A stretch of 64,000 nucleotides of DNA from Phallusia mammillata. Taxonomy: Eukaryota. The stretch is taken from contig OZ281495.1 in NCBI GenBank assembly GCA_965637545.1, positions 7,316,001 to 7,380,000 of the forward strand. The letters are read 5' to 3'. The translations under genes and the position numbers were made by a program. The first letter of the stretch is position 1. Every line of letters begins with the position of its first letter. Below, in pieces: positions 63,187 to 64,000 of this stretch. The notes beneath the pieces are model-generated. The model saw only the letters and a program-made list of their open reading frames with translations, had not been told where the DNA came from and searched no databases.

Positions 63187-64000
63187 TGGCCCTGGGCTGA
63201 AAATAAACAAAAACACCAATCTACGTTCGCACTCGATATAATTCTGGCGTAAAAAAAGACAGAAAAGTAATCAAGATGTTGAAAAGTAAAAAACCTGTCG
63301 AAATATTTAAACTAGTGGTTCGACCTAAACACACCAGCAAAATTTGATCACAGAACCGACGACCAACTATAACATAATTTAGAAATTCAGGACTATCAAT
63401 GTTAAAAAAAACGTAATTTTAGTTTGCTGGTATCTGTATCAACTGGACTAAATTCATTTCCATTAATTTGCAAAAACATCAAGTATTCAAACACTATAGT
63501 TTGAAAATCTATTCCTGGCACTGTATTCTACAAAGCAAACAACAAGGATCAATTAGTGCGACAAAACCCGCTAAGAAGGATGTGGATTATGACGAACGAC
63601 CATTCATTTGCCATAATTAGAGCCGCAATGTCCCGGCAGAAAGTCGAATAAGTCTTTATCAAGCATCAGAGGCCAACTGTCCGAGTGACATGTATTGTAA
63701 TTTGTTCAGCACCCGACCTTAGCCCCGCTCACCACGAAGCATGAATGCAAAGGGAAGGGAGATTACAAGGCTAAGAGAGGCCAACTCGTTTTGCCAGCCA
63801 ACTTGCATTGCGGCTTTTCGCAGGACATTTCAATTCGTTTGGGAATTTGAAAACGGTTGGCGTGAAATTCGTGTCTTGTCACCGCGGCACCAAAACACGC
63901 TTTAATCCAGACCTGTGGCGTGCGCTCGCGTCAAGGCAAAATACCGGCGGGGCAGCAGTGCACACCCATCGGCCCGTTAGGCTTAATTGAAGCTGCCACA

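Noticed and set aside
63540-64000. GC-richer terminal segment with an ERPFIC-like word
   Set aside because: All frames are interrupted and the window ends; cannot be classified.

Overview
AT-rich, intron-containing animal DNA, most likely an ascidian (tunicate); the host is inferred from gene content, short introns and repeat families, not proven. From left to right: (1) a C2H2 zinc-finger cluster with one intact 12-finger gene and four decayed paralogues, one of them a tandem segmental duplicate, among hAT MITEs and a solo LTR; (2) a membrane-anchored Sulfotransfer_4-type sulfotransferase (-); (3) a collagen-stalked intelectin (+); (4) a KCTD10/BACURD-family gene (-) head-to-head with (5) a non-RD RIPK-like kinase with a TPR-like tail (+); (6) a 10,698-bp element at 27632-38329; (7) a C-type-lectin adhesion GPCR (-); (8) an SLC7 light-chain amino-acid transporter (+). 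The 10.7-kb element is the standout. It has Polinton/Maverick-type ends (AGTAGTAGT...ACTACTACT) and a perfect 6-bp target duplication (GATATG). It consists of two mirror-image 4,608-bp arms, each holding the Polinton end, a truncated packaging-ATPase gene and most of a Gmr1-type (PR-IN-RT-RH) Ty3/Gypsy retrotransposon. The arms join through a 4-bp microhomology inside the Gypsy 3' LTR. This looks like a copy-back defective Polinton genome that integrated as one unit, carried a retrotransposon as cargo, and is predicted to make a multi-kb hairpin RNA. A 200-N scaffold gap lies in its spacer, so read-level confirmation is needed. All gene models were built by eye from GT-AG sites and frame continuity.
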